NCBI RefSeq assembly: GCF_009914755.1
Contig: NC_060948.1
Direction: 5' to 3' (one strand)
Origin: the human T2T-CHM13v2.0 reference genome, Homo sapiens
DNA length: 64,000 nt
A program made the position numbers and the translations under genes. The notes beneath the pieces are model-generated. The model was not told where the DNA came from. It made no database searches and saw only the letters and a list, made by a program, of their open reading frames with translations. Shown here one piece after another: positions 32,586 to 48,674 of the stretch. Numbering within the stretch: position 1 is the stretch's first letter; every line of letters starts with the position of its first letter.

Positions 32586-33914
32586 AAGAATGTGGCCAAG
32601 GGATCGCCACCGAGTACGAACTGAAGACGTTTTCTAAGAATGGGTCCAAGGGACTGCCACTGTATGCACTGAAGACGTTCGGAAAGCATGTGGCCAAAGG
32701 ACCACTGCTGTGTACACACTGAAGACATTCGCTAAGAATATGGCTAAGAGACGGCCACCTGTACACACTGGAGACGTTCCCTAAGTATGTGGCTAAGGGA
32801 CCACCGCCATGTACACACTGAAGATGTTCCCTAAGTACGTGGCTAAGGGACGGCCGCCATGTACGCACTGAAGACGCTCCCTAAGAATGCAGCGAAGAGA
32901 TGGCAGACGTTTCCTAGGCATGTGGCTAAGGGACCGCCGTGTACACACTTAAGACATTCCCTAAGCACGTGGCCCAAGGGACCATTGCCCTTTGCACATT
33001 GAAGACGATCCCTAAGCTTGGGTTAAGGGACCGCTGCCATGTACACACTGAAGAGGTTCCCTAGCAATCCGGCCAAGGGCCGCTGATGTGCACACACTGA
33101 AGACGTTCCCTAAGTGTGTGGCTAAGGGACTGCTACCATATACACACTGAAGATGTTCCCTAAGAATGTGGGTAAGGGACCGCCGCCATGTTCGCACTGA
33201 AGACGCTCCCTAAGAATGCGTCCAGGGGACTGCTGCCGTGTGCACACTGAAGATGTTCCCTAAGAATGTGGGTAAGGGACCCCCGCCATGTTCGCACTGA
33301 AGACGCTCCCTAAGAATGCGTCCAGGGGACAGCTGCCGTGTGCACACTGAAGATGTTCCCTAAGTATGTGGCTAAGGGAAGGCAGCCATGTACACACTGA
33401 AGACGTTCCCTAAGAATGCAGCCAAGGGAGGGCACTGAAGACGTTCCCTAGGCATGTGGCCAAGGGACCGCCACCTTATACACACTGAAGACGTTCCCTA
33501 AGCTTACGGCTAAGGGACCGCTGACATGTACACACTGAAGACGTTCTGTAACAATGCAGCCAAGGAACGGCCACCATGTACACACTGAAGAATTCCCTAA
33601 GCATGTGGCGCAAGGGACTGATACCATGTGCACAATGAAGATGTTCCCTAACCATAGGCCAACAGACTGCCACTGTGTAAATACTTAAGACATTCCCTAA
33701 GAATGGGGCTAAGGGACCCCCGCCATGTACACACTGAAGACGTTCCCTAAGAATGCAGTCACAGGATGGCACCGAAGACGTTCCCTAGGCATATGGCCAA
33801 GGGACCTCACTGAAGACGTTCCCTAAGCATGCGGCCCAGGGACAGCCACCGTGTACACACTGAAGACATTCCCAAAGCATGTGGCCAAGGGAACAAACTG
33901 AAGACGTTCCCTAA
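32586..33914 (+). repeat. 50/38-bp satellite array 4 (~28 units)
   Basis: Same consensus; exits into the alternative tail (ccctaatacaaaagctaag). Confidence 0.95.
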
Positions 33915-35635
33915 TACAAAAGCTAAGACATTGTGGGTGTACCACACACTTCCTACAGCTGTGGGAAAATGAGGCTCTTCAGGGCGCCTCCATGACTAGC
34001 CACGAACCCAGCTAGGTGAGCCACGGAAAGAATGGCGTGTTGTAACTGCAGTAATTACCAAGACATAACAGGATCTAATCGCTTTCTAAATACATGGCTC
34101 CCTTAAGTCTCCCCATCCCTCCTCAATCACGCCAAAGAAGACCTGTTTAGCATACAAAATCAAGCTGTGAGGAGTAAAACTTTGGCAATGTCATTTCATC
34201 ACAGCACAGAGCCACTGTGAGTCCAGCACCTCTTATGAAAAGAAAACAGACGGCCAGGCACCGTGGCTGACACCTGTCATCCGAGCACTTTGGGAGGCTG
34301 AGGCAGGTGGATCACTTGAGGCCAGGAGTTCGAAACCAGCCTGCCCAACAGGTGAAACCCCGTCTCTACTAAAAATACAAAAAAAAAGAAAAATCAGGGT
34401 GTAGGGGCAGGCACTTACAATCCCAGCTACTCCAGAGGCTGAGGCAGGAGAATTGCTTGAACCCAGGAGATGATGGCTGCAGTGAGCCCAGATTCAGCCA
34501 TTGCACTCTAGCCTGGGCAACAAGAGCAAAACTCCATCGCAAAAAAAAAAAAAAAAAGAGAAAAGAAAACAGACATATTCATGCTGAGATTTCTACACTG
34601 TGAAAAAATATCTGCAACAGGGCATCACGCACCCCAAAAATTCCCAATGCTCTTAGCTAATCAAATCTACCAGGAAATTGCAATTCGAATGACTCCACAG
34701 TTTCCCAGAAAGGCAAACGCCATTCCAATAGAAAACATTCACTGCTTTTATGCACATTGTTACATCCATTCCTGAACACGACGCCTGTTACATCCATTCC
34801 TCAACAGGACGCCATGTAGACTGGATAAAGAAAGGGTGGAGCATATACACTATGGAATACTATGGACCCATGAAAAAGAATGGGATTGGTTGGGCGTGGC
34901 GGCGCATGCCTGTAATCCCAGCACTTTGGGAGGCCGAGGCAGGCAGATTACCTGAGGTCGGTAGCTCAAGACCAGACTGGCCAACATGGAGAAGCCCCGT
35001 CTCTACTAAAAATACAAAATTAGCCCAGCGTGGTGGTATGCGCCTGTAATCTCAACGACTCAGTAGCCTGAGGCAGGAGAATCACTTGAACCCAGGAACA
35101 GGAGGTTGTGGTGAGCTGAGATCACACCACTGCACTCCAGCCTGGGCAACAAGAAGGAAACCCAGTCTCAAAAGAAAAAGAAAAAAAGAAAACATGGGAT
35201 GATGCCCTTTGCAGGAACATGCATGGAGGTGGAGGCCATTATCCTTAGCAAACTCACGTAGGAAAAGAAAACCAAATATCACCTGTTCTCACTCATAAAC
35301 GGCAGCTAAACATTGGGTACTCATGGATACAAAGAAGGGAACAGCTGCAGGGGCATGCTGGAGGGTGGAGGGTGGGAGAAATGAGAGGATCGAAAAACTA
35401 CCTATCAGGTGGTACTGGACTTATTACCTGCATGATGAAATAATCTGTTCACTAAGCCCCCAAGACATGCAATTTACCTGCGCACGTCCCCCTCAACCTG
35501 AAATCAAAGTGAAAAAAGTAGGCTGGGGGCGGTGATTCATAATCCCAGCCCTTTGGGAGGCCAAGGCGGGTGGATCACCTGAGGCAAGGAGTTCCAGACT
35601 ACCCTGATCAACATGCTGAAACCCTGTCACTACTA

Positions 35636-35794
<159 letters not shown>

Positions 35795-37231
35795 TCAAAA
35801 AAAAAAAAAAAAACGCTACATGACTACATGTAACAGCTACTGGGAACATTTTATTGAAATTTTTTAAGCCCTTTAAAATGTTAGGGTAGTGTCTTAGGAA
35901 ATCAGGGATTTCCAAAGGCAGGACTTCACGACGCCAACTTGAGTGTGAGAAGGATTCCTTTCTACGTAGAAGGTGCATGCCTGCTCTAGGCTTCCACAAA
36001 TCCCCGAGACCTAATAAGACATCTGGCTCCGTCACTGATCAAACAATGAGTACAACAGCTTAGCGTCCACTGCAAAGCTCCGTGGCAGTTAGCTCTAGTC
36101 AGTTTGTTCACAGCCGTGATTAAGGTGCCCACAGCATCCTCACCAGCCTCAGGAACGCGGCACAGTCAGCTCTCCACACGGGTGACCCCAGAAACAAGAG
36201 ACAGGACTGTAACAGGGACAACGTGCGGCACACCAAACACCAGAAACAGGAGACCGGACTGAAACAGGGACAATGTGTGAGATGCCAAAAACCAGAACAA
36301 GAGACAGGAATATTATAACAGGGACAAAGTCCAGAGGACATGGAAGGTGGAAGACTCATGTGTCATAGGTGGAAACAGTTTATCTGTGAGTTGCAAACCA
36401 GGTGGATCAAGAATAAAAAGTGCAGCCGGACGTGGTGGCTCACACCTGTAATCCCAGCACTTTGGGAGGCCAAGGTGGATGGATCACCTGAGGTCAGGGG
36501 TTTGAGACCAGCCTGACCAACATGGAGAAACCTCATCTCTACTAAAAATATAAAATTAGCCAGGCATGGTGGTGCATGCCCGTACTCCCAGCCACTCAGG
36601 AGAATCGCTTGAACCCAGGAGGCGGGGAGGTTGCAGGGAGCTGAGATCACACCACTGCACTCCAGCCTGGGCGACACAGTAAAACTCCGTCTCAAAAAAA
36701 AAAAAAAAAAATGTTGGACCAAGAATGAAAGGTGCACAAATGCAGCCAGGGATGGAAGCCCCTTCCACCCTGGGCCCTGGAACTGCACAGGCCACCTTCT
36801 AAGGTTTCTCTCCTGTCATCCTCCCAAGTCTACACGAATATAAAGAATCACACTAGAAGTCTCTGATGCGATGGGGGCATCTCCAGAAATCCGAAGATTC
36901 AGGTTCTGAACCTCTGATCTGGGTGGGCTGGGGAGCTGCAGTTCCAGAAAGCAAAGGAAGCCTGTGATGTGATTCAGACCATTTCTTGGTAGCAAGGGTG
37001 TAGGGGAAGAAGGATGTGGACCGGGCAGGGGAAGGAATGAATGCGGTCAGGACGCTGGCTGGAGAATGTCTGAGATGGCCACTTGCAGAGAGGAGCAGGC
37101 TGGCTGCGTCTCTCACTGTGCCTGGGATGGTCGCTGACAGAGGAAACGGATACCACATAAGAGTCAGAGACACCCAATGAAGAAACAAAAGCAGTTTACA
37201 GGATGAAAAGTACACAGACACGGACACTCAG

Positions 37232-38563
37232 AAGAATGTGGCCAAGGGACCGCCACTGTGTATGCACTGAAGAGGTTCCCTAAGAATGCGGCCACGGGAC
37301 TACTGCCATGTACACACTGAAGACGTTCCCTAAGTATGCGGCCAAGGGACCGCCGCCATGTACACACTGAAGACATTCCCTAAGAATGTGGCCAAGGGAC
37401 CTCCACCATGTACACACTGAAGACGCTCCCAAAGAATGCAGCCAAAGGACGGCACTGAAGACTTTCCCTAGGGATGGGGCCAAGGGACCACCACCGTGTA
37501 CACACTGAAGACATTCCCTAAGCATGTGGTCCAAAGGACTGCTGCCATGTACACACTGAAGACGTTCCCTAAGCTTGTGGCTAAGGGACCACCGCCATGT
37601 ACACACTGAAGAAGTTCCCTAGCAATAAGGCCAAGTGACCGCTGCCGTTGCACACTGAAGACGTTCCCTAAGTATGTGGCTCAGGGACCACCGCCATGTA
37701 CACACTGAAGACGTTCCCTAAGAATGCCGCTAAAAGACAGCACTGAAGACATTCCCTAGGCACGTGGCTGAGGGGCCTCCGCCATGTACACACTGAAGGC
37801 ATTCCGAAGCATGTGGCTAAGGGACCACTGCCATGTACACACTGAAGACGTTCCCTAACAATGCGCCCAAGGGACCACCACCATGTACACACCGAAGACG
37901 TTCCCTAAGAATGCAGCCAAGGGACGGCACTGAAGACTCGTTCCCTAGGCATGTGGCCAAGGGACCGCACTGAAGAAGTCCCCTAAGCATGCGGCCAAGG
38001 GACTGCCACCGTGTACACGCTGAAGACATTCCCTAAGAATGTGGATAAGGGACCGCCGCCATGTACACACTGAAGACGTTCCCTAAAAATGCAGCCAAGG
38101 GACCGCCGCCATGTATACATTGAAGACGTTCCCAAAGAATGCAGCCAAGCGACGGCACTGAAGACACTCCCTAGGCATGTGGCCAAGGGACCGCCACCCT
38201 ATACACACTGAAGACGCTCCCTAAGCATGTGGCTAACAGACTGCGACCATGTACACACTGAAGACATTCCCTAAGAATGTGGCCAAGGGACCGCCACCGT
38301 GTATGCACTGAAGACGTTCCCTAAGCATGTGGCCAAGGGACTGCACTGATGACGTTGCCTAAGGATGCAGCCAAGGGACTGCCACCGTGTACACACGGAA
38401 GACATTCACTAAGAATATGACTAAGGGACCGCCACCATGTACCCACTGAAGATGTTCCCTAAGCATATAGCCAAGGGACCGACACCATGTACACACTGAA
38501 AACGTTCCCTAAGAATGTGGCCAAGGGACCGCCACCTTGTACATAGTGAAGACGTTCCAAAGG
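37232..38563 (+). repeat. 50/38-bp satellite array 5 (~28 units)
   Basis: Same consensus as array 1. Confidence 0.95.
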
Positions 38564-40188
38564 TCCAGCCATAGGCCTGCAAAACATCAGAGGAAAGAAT
38601 GGTGTGCAGGATCCAGACATCCCACCACTGGGTGTGTACCCAAAGGAAAGGAAATCAGCCCATCAATGGGATACCTGCATCCCCTGTGCCCTGCAGCACT
38701 ACTCAGGTTCCAAGATATACAATCAACCCATGTGTCAATCAACAGATGAGTACATCAAGCAAATGTGGCATAGACACACAGTGGAATAGTATGCAGCCAT
38801 GAAAAAGGAAATCCTGCCATTTGCGCAACATGGATGGGACTGGAAGATACAATGTGAAGTGAAATGAACCAGGCACAGAGAGACAAATACTGTATCATCT
38901 CGTATGTAGAATCTAAAAAAGCTGAACGCATAAACGCAGAGAGTGCAATGGTGGTTGCCAGGGAAGAATGCTGAAGTGTTTGTCAAAGAACATAACATTT
39001 CAGTTGGAGGCCAGGAGCGCTGTGGCTCATGTCTGGAATCACTGTGCTATGGAAGGCTGAGGAAGGAGGATCACTGGAGGCCAGGAGTTTGAGACAAGCC
39101 TGGGTAACGTAATGAAACCCTATCTCTAAACAAATAAAAAAAAAACTGAAAAAATTAACTGGATATGGTGGCATGCACCTGTAGTCCCAGCTACTTGGGA
39201 GGCTGAGGCAGGAGGATCGCTTTAGCCCAGGAATTCAAGACCAGCCTGAGCAACATAGCAAGACCCCATCTCTACAAAAAATTTAAAAATTAACCAGGTG
39301 TGGTGGTGTGCACCTGTAGTCCCAGCTACCTGGGAGGCTGAGGTGGGAGGGTCACCTGAGCCATGAGTTGGAGGCTGCTGAGAGCTATGAACATGATGCT
39401 GTACTCCAGCCTGGCTATAGGATGAGACTGTCTCAAAAAACATATAAATTACATTAAAATTAATTTTTTTCAGTTAGATAAAACAAATGAATTCCAAGTT
39501 CTATCACACCACACAGTGATGATAGTTAATAATACATCACGTCTTTCAAAATGACTAAAAGTAGATTTTACATATTCTCACTACAAAAAAAAGTAGGTGA
39601 GGTGATATAGGTTAGAGTTAGAATTATGTGAATATGTAAATTAGCTTGATTGTTATGTTAATTAGCTTCAATGTTAATATGTTAATTAGCCTGATTATTA
39701 ATATGTTAGTTAATGTGATTGTTAATATGGTAACTAGCTTGATTTAATCATTGCATGATGTGTACGTGGATTAAAACATCACGTTGTACCTCATATACGT
39801 GTATACAATTACTTTTTTTAACGAAAAATGAATTTTCCAGAAAAATGACTCGCATTTCCAGGCAGAAAACAAAACAAGTCCCAGTTTCAAGGACAGCTGT
39901 GACATATTTAACAGTGTTTCCTCTTAATTCAACACCCTTTATATGACCATGACCCAAGGGGCTCCAAGTTGCCAAGGAAAGGATTCCAGTTATGTGCTCA
40001 AGGTGTATCCACACTGGGCTGGGCGCGGTCACGCCTGTCATCCCAGCGCTTTGGGAGGCCGAGGTGGGTGGATCACCTGAGGTCACGAGTTCGAGAGCAG
40101 CCTGAACAATAGGCTGAAACCCCTTCTCTACTAAAAATTCAAAAATTAGCCGGGTGTGGTGGCAGGCACCTGCAATCCCAGCTACTCA

Positions 40189-40290
<102 letters not shown>

Positions 40291-41336
40291 TCAAAAAAAA
40301 AAAAAGACATTTACGTTGAGATTTCTACACTGTGAAAAAAGATCTGCAATAGGGCATCAGGCACCCCAAAGATTCCCAATGCTATTAACCAATCAAATCT
40401 ACTAGGAAATTGCAATTGCAATCACTCCACAGTTTCCCGGAAAGGTGAACACCCCTCCAGTAGGAAGCATTCAGTGTTTTCATGCACATCGCTTCATCCA
40501 TTTCTCAAAACAACGCCATGTAAACTGGATAAACAAAGGGTGGTGCATATACACTATGGAATACTACATACCCATGAAAAAGAATGGGATTGGTTGGGTG
40601 TGGTGGCTCACACCTATAATCTCAGCACTTTGGGAGGCCGTGGAGGGCAGATTAACTGAGGTCAGGAGTTCAAAACCAGCCTGGGCAACATGGAGAAACC
40701 CCGTCTCTACTAAAAATACAAAATTAGCCGGGCGTGGTGGCATGTGTCTGTAATCTCAGTTACTCAGAAGGCTGAGGCAGGACAACTGCTTGAACCCGGG
40801 AGCTGGTGGTAGCGGTGAGCCGAGATCACACCATTGCACTCCAGCCTGGGCAACAAAAAGGAAACTGTCTCAAAAAAAAAAAAAAAATGGGATGATGTCC
40901 TTTGCAGGAACATGCACGGAGGTGGAGGCCATTATCCTTAGCAAACTTACACAGGAACAGAAAACCAAATACCACCTGTTCCCACTGATAAGTGACAGCT
41001 AAACATTGGGCACTGGTGGATATAAAGAAGGGAACAGCTGCAGGGGCCTGCTGGAGGGTGGAGGGTGGGACAAATGAGAGGATCAAAAAACTACCTATCA
41101 GATGGTAGTAGGCTTACTACCTGGTTGATGAATTAATCTGTACACTAAACCCCCAGGACATGCAATTTACCCGTGTAATGAACCTGCACACGTGCCCCTG
41201 AACCTGAAAGTTTAAAAAGTAGGCCAGGAGCAGTGATTCATAATCCCAGCACTTTGGGAGGCCAAGATGGGTGGATCACTTGAGGCCAGGAGTTCGAGAC
41301 CACCCTGACCAATATGGTGAAACCCTGTCACTACTA

Positions 41337-41489
<153 letters not shown>

Positions 41490-42244
41490 TCATCTCAAAA
41501 ATAAATAAATAAATAAAACACTACATGTGCTGCTATTGGGAATATTTTACTGAATTTTTTTTAAGTCCTTTAAAATGTTAGGGTAGTGTCTTAGGAAATC
41601 AGGGATTTCCAAAGGCAGGACTTCACGTTGCCAACATGAGTGTGAGAAGGATTCCTTTCAGTGTAGAAGGTGCTTGCCTGCTCTGTGCTTCCAGAAATCC
41701 CCGAGACTTAATAAGGCACCTGGCTCCGTCACTGATCAAAGAATGGGTACCACAACTTACTGTCCACTGCAAAGCTCCATGGCACCTAGCTCTAGCCAGT
41801 TTGTTCACAGCCGTGATTAAGGTGCCCACAGCATCCTCACCAGCCTCAGGAACGTGGCACAGTCAGCTCGCCACAGGGGTGACCCCAGAAACAAGAGACA
41901 GGACTGTTACAGGGACAACACGTGGGACGCCAAAAACCAGAAACAAGAGACAGGAATATTGTAACAGGGACAAAGTCCAGACCACACGGAAGGTGGATGA
42001 CTCATTTGTCACAGGTGGAAACAGTTTATCTGCGAGTTTGAAACCAGGTGGATCAAGAATGAAAGGCGCCGCCAGGCGCGGGGGCTCACGCCTGTCATCC
42101 TAACATTTTGGGAGGCCGAGGCGGATGGATCACCTGAAGTCAGGAGTTCGAGACCAGCATGACCAACATGAAGAAAACCCATCTCTACTAAAAATATAAA
42201 ATTAGCCGGGCGTGGTGGCACATGCCTGTATTCCCAGCTACTCA

Positions 42245-42478
<234 letters not shown>

Positions 42479-42881
42479 CTACACGAATATAGAGAAACAC
42501 ACTAGAAGTCTCTGATAGGATGGGGGCATCTCCAGAAATCCAAAGATTCAGGTTCTGAATCTCTGATCTGGGTGGGGCTGGGGAGCTGCAGTGCCAGAAA
42601 GATAATGAAGCCTTGGCTGTGATTCAGACCATTTCTTGGTATCAAGCGTGTAGGGGAAGAAGGATGCGGACAGGGCAGGAGAAGGAATGAATGCGGTCAG
42701 CACGGTGGCTGGAGGATGTCTGGGATGGCGAGGTGCAGAGAGGAGCAGGCTGGCTGCGTCTCTCACTGTGCCTGGGATGGGCGGTGACAGAGGAAAGGGA
42801 TTCCACATGAGAGTCAGAGACACCCAATGAAGAAACAAAAGCAGCTTACAGGGTGGAAAGGACACAGACACAGACACTCAG

Positions 42882-44496
42882 AAGAATGTGGCCAAGGGAT
42901 CGCCACCGTGTACGAACTGAAGACGTTTTCTAAGAATGTGGACAAGGGACTGCCACTCCGTATGCACTGAAGAGGTTCCCAAAGCATGTGGCCAAGGGAC
43001 CATCGCCATGTACACAATCAAGACAATCCCTAAGCATGTGATTAAGGGACTGCCACCATGTACACACTGAAGATGTTCCCTAAGAATGGGGCCAAGGGAC
43101 CACTGCCATGTACACACTGAAGACGTTCCCTAAGTATGTGGCTAAGGGACCGCCCCCATGTACGCACTGAAGACATTCCCTAAGAATGCAGCCAAAAGAC
43201 GGCACTGAAGACGCTCCCTAAGAATGTGGCCAAGGGACCACAACGGTGTACACACTGAAGCCATTCCTTAAGCATGTGGCCCAAGGGACTGCCACGCTGT
43301 GCATACTGAAGACGATCCCTAAGCTTGTGGCTAAGGGACGGCGGCCATCTACACACCAAAGACGTTCCCTAACAATGAGGCCAAGGGACCACTGCTGTGC
43401 ACACACTGAAGATGTTCCCTAAGTGTGTGGCTAAGGGACCTCTGCCATGTACACACTGAAGACGTTCCCTAAGAATGCAGCTAAAAGATGGCACTGAAGA
43501 CGTTCCCTAAGCATGTGGCCAAGAGACTGCCACCATATACACACTGAAGACGTTCCCTAAGCTTGTGGCTAAGGGACCGCCGCCATGTACACACTTAAGA
43601 CGTTCCCTAAGAATGCGGCCAAGGGACCGCCACCATGTACACACTGAAGACGTTCCCTAAAAATGCAGGGAAGGGACAGCATTAAAGATGTTCCCTAGGC
43701 ATGTGGCCAAGGGAATGCACTGAAGATGTTCCCTAAGCATGCAGCCAAAGAACTGCCACCATGTATACACTGAAGACATTCCCTAGGAATGTGGGTGAGG
43801 GACTGCTACCATGTGCACACTGAAGATGTTCCCTAAGAATGCAACCAAGGGACCACTGCTGTGTGCAGTGAAGACACTCCCTAAGTATGTGGCTAAGGGA
43901 CCTCCGCCATGTGCACACTGAAGACATTCCCTAAGAATGCAGCTGGCACTGAAGACGTTCCCCTAGGCATAATGACCAAGGGACCCCACTGTATACAACT
44001 GAAGACGTTCCCTAAGCATGTGGCTAAGGGACTGCCACCAAGAACACAATGAAGACGTTCCCTAAGCATGCGGCTAAGGGAATGCCGACATGTACACACT
44101 GAAGAGGTTCCCTAAGAATGCGACCAAGGGACCGCCACCATGTACACACTGAAGACAGTCCCTAAGCATGTGGCACAAGGGACCGCCGCCCTGTGCACAC
44201 TGAAGATGTTCCCTAACCATGGGGCCAACAGACTGCCACCGTGTACACACTGAAGACATTCCCTAAGCATGTGGCTAAGGGACCGCCGCCAGGTACACAA
44301 TGAAGATGTTCCCTAGGCATGTGGCCAAGGGATCACACTCACTGAAGACGTTCCCTAAGCATACAGCCAAGGGACTGCCACCGTGTACACACTGAACACG
44401 TTCCCTAAGAATGTGGTTAAGGGACCGCCGCCATGTACACACTGAAGATGTTCCCTAAGAATGTGGCCAAGGGAATGCACTGAAGACCTTCCCTAA
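42882..44496 (+). repeat. 50/38-bp satellite array 6 (~34 units)
   Basis: Same consensus; exits into the alternative tail like array 4. Confidence 0.95.
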
Positions 44497-44896
44497 TACA
44501 AAAGCTAAGACATTGTGGGTGTACCACACACTTCCTACAGCTGTGGGAAAATGAGGCTCTTCAGGGCACCTCCATGACTAGCCACAAACCCAGCTAGGAG
44601 AGCCACGGAAAGAATGGGGTGGTGTAACTGCAGTAATTACCAAGACATAATTCGATCTAATCGCCTTCTAAATAAATGGCTCCCTTAACTCTGCCCAGCC
44701 CACTTGATTCACACCAAGGAAGACGTCTTTAACATACAAAATCAGGCTGTGAGGAGTAAAACTTGGACAATGCCATTTCATCACAGCACAGAGCCACGGT
44801 GAGACCAGCACCTCTTATGGAAAGAAAACAGACAGCTGGCCGCCATGGCTCAGGCCTGTCATCCCAGCACTTTCGGAGTCCAAGGCAGGTGGATCA

Positions 44897-45182
<286 letters not shown>

Positions 45183-45569
45183 CTACACTGTGAAAAAAAT
45201 ATCTGTAATAGTGCATCAGGCACCCCAAAAATTCCCAATGCTCTTAATTAATCAAATCTACTAGGAAATTGCAATTGCAATGACTCCACAGTTTCCCAGG
45301 AGGCAAACACCATTCCAATAGAAAGCATTCACTGTTTTTATGCAAATCATTTCATCCATTCCTCAAAACAACGCCACGTAGACTGGATAAAGAAAAGGTG
45401 GTGTACATACACCACAGAATACTATGCATTCTTGAAAAAGAATGGGATTGACCAGGTGTGGAGACTCACACCTGTAATCCCAGCATTTTGGGAGGCCAAA
45501 GCAGGCGGATTACCTGAGGTCGGGAGTTCAAGACCAGCCTGGCCAACATGGAAAAACCCGTCTCTACTA

Positions 45570-45806
<237 letters not shown>

Positions 45807-46466
45807 TTAAAATATTAGGGTAGTGTCTTAGGAAATCAGGGACTTCACGATGCCAACATGAGTGTGAGAAGGATTCCTTTCAATGTAGAAGCTGTTTCCC
45901 TGCTCTGGGCTTCCACAAATCCCCAAGACCTAATAAGACACCTGGCTCCGTCACTGATCAAAGAATGGGTACCACGACTTAGTGTCCACTGCAAAGCTCC
46001 ATGGCACCTAGCTCTAGCCAGTTTGTTCACAGCCGTGATTAAGGTGCCCACAGCATCCTCACCAGCCTCAGGAACGTGGCACAGTCAGCTCGCCACACGG
46101 GTGACCCCAGAAACAACAGACAGGACTGTTACAGGGACAACATGTGGGATGCAAAAAACCAGAAACAAGAGACAGGAATATTGTAACAGGGACAAAGTCC
46201 AGACCACATGGAAGGTGGATGACTCATTTGTCACAGGTGGAAACAGTTTATCTGTGAGTTTAAAACCAGGTGGATCAAGAAAGAAAGGTGCGGCCAGGCG
46301 CGGGGGCTCACACCTGTCATCTCAACACTTTGGGAGGCCGAGGCGGATGGATCACCTGAGGTCAGGAGTTCGAGACCAACATGACCAACATGAAGAACAC
46401 CCATCTCTACTAAAAATATAAAATTAGCCGAGCGTGGTGGCACATGCCTGTATTCCCAGCTACTCA

Positions 46467-46700
<234 letters not shown>

Positions 46701-47103
46701 CTACACGGATATAAAGAAACACACTAGAAGTCTCTGATAGGATGGGGGCATCTCCAGAAATCCGAAGATTCAGGTTCTGAATCTCTGATCTGGGTGGGGC
46801 TGGGGAGCTGCAGTTCCAGAAAGCAAATGAAGCCTTGGCTGTGATTCAGACCATTTCTTGGTATCAAACGTGTAGGGGAAGAAGGATGCGGACAGGGCAG
46901 GAGAAGGAATGAATGCGGTCAGCACGGTGGCTGGAGGATGTCTGGGATGGCGACGTGCAGAGAGGAGCAGGCTGGCTGCGTCTCTCACTGTGCCTGGGAT
47001 GGGCGGTGACAGAGGAAAGGGATTCCACATGAGAGTCACAGACACCCAGTGAAGAAGCAAAAGCAGCTTACAGGGTGGAAAGAACACAGACACAGACACT
47101 CAG

Positions 47104-48674
47104 AAGAATGTGGCAGGGACACATTCTGGCCAATGGACTGTCACCTTGTACAAACTGAAGACGTTTTCTAAGAATGTGGCCAAGGGATCACACTGAAGAC
47201 GTTCCCTAAGAATGTGGCCAAGGGACTGCACTAAAGATGTTCTCTAAGCATGCGGCCAAGGGACCACCAGTGTGTACACATTGAAGAGGTTCCCTAAGAA
47301 TATGGCTAAGAAACAGCACTGAAGACATTCCCTAAGCATGTGGTTGAGGGACCGCACTGAAGACGTTCCCTAAGAATGACACCAGGGGACTGCCACCGTG
47401 TATGCACTGAAGATATTCCCTAAGAATGTGGCCAAGGGACCAACCAGGGCTGTGACTGAAGACGTTCCCCAAGCGTGCGGCCAAGGGACCACCATTGTGT
47501 AGGCACTGACGACGTTCCCTTAGAATGTGGCCCGGGGACCACCACCATGTAAGAAGTGAAGACGCTCCCTAAGAATGTGGCCAAGGGACCACCACGGTGT
47601 ACACACTGAAGACGTTCCCTAAGTATGTGGCTAAGGGACCACCGCCATGTACGCACTGAAGACGTTCCCTAAGAATGCAGCCAAGGCAAGGCACTGAAGA
47701 CATTCCCTAGGCATGGGGCCAAGGGATGGCCACCATGTACACACTGAAGTCATTCCCTAAGCATGTAGCCCAAGGGACCACCACCGTGTGCACACTGAAG
47801 ATGTTCCCTAAGCTTGTGGCTAAGGGACCACAGCCATGTACATACTGAAGATGTTCGCTAACAATGCAGCCAAAGGACTGCTGCCCTGTACACACTGAAG
47901 ACGTTCCCTAAGCATGTGGCCCAAGGGACTCCCACCCTGTGCACACTGAAGATGATCCCTAAGCATGTGGCTAAGGGACCACCACCATGTACACACTGAA
48001 GACATTCCCTAAGCATGTGGCCCAAGGGACTCCCGCACTGTGCACACTGAAGATGATCCCTAAGCTTGTGGCTAAGGGACCTCCGCCACGTACACACTGA
48101 AGACATTCCCTAAGAATGTGGCCAAGGGACCACCACCATGTGCACACTGACGACATTCCGTAAGAATATGGCCCTGTGCACACTGAAGACATTCCCTAAG
48201 CATGTGGCTACGGGACCACCGTGTACGCACTGAAGACATTCCGTAAGAATGCGACCAGGGGACCGCCACATGTGCACACTGAAGACATTCCCTAAGAAAA
48301 CGGCCAAGGGACGGCACTTAAGACGTTCCCTAAGCATGTGGCCCAAGGGACCACTGCCCTGTGCACACTGAAGATGTTCGCTAAGCATGTGGCTAAGGGA
48401 CTGCCGCCATGTACACACTGAAGACATTCCCTAAGAATGTGGCCAAGGGACCGCCACAGTGTACACACTGAAGACGTTCTCTAAGAATGTGGCCAATGGA
48501 CCACACTGTAGACGTTCCCTAAGCATGCAGCAAAGGGACTGCCACCGTGTACACACTGAAGACATTCCCTAAGAACGTGGCTATGGGACTGTCGCCATGT
48601 ACACACTGAAGATGTTCCCTAAGCATGTGGCCAAGGGACGGACGCCATGGACACTGGGAAGACGTTCACTAAAG
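47104..48674 (+). repeat. 50/38-bp satellite array 7 (~33 units)
   Basis: Same consensus as array 1. Confidence 0.95.
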
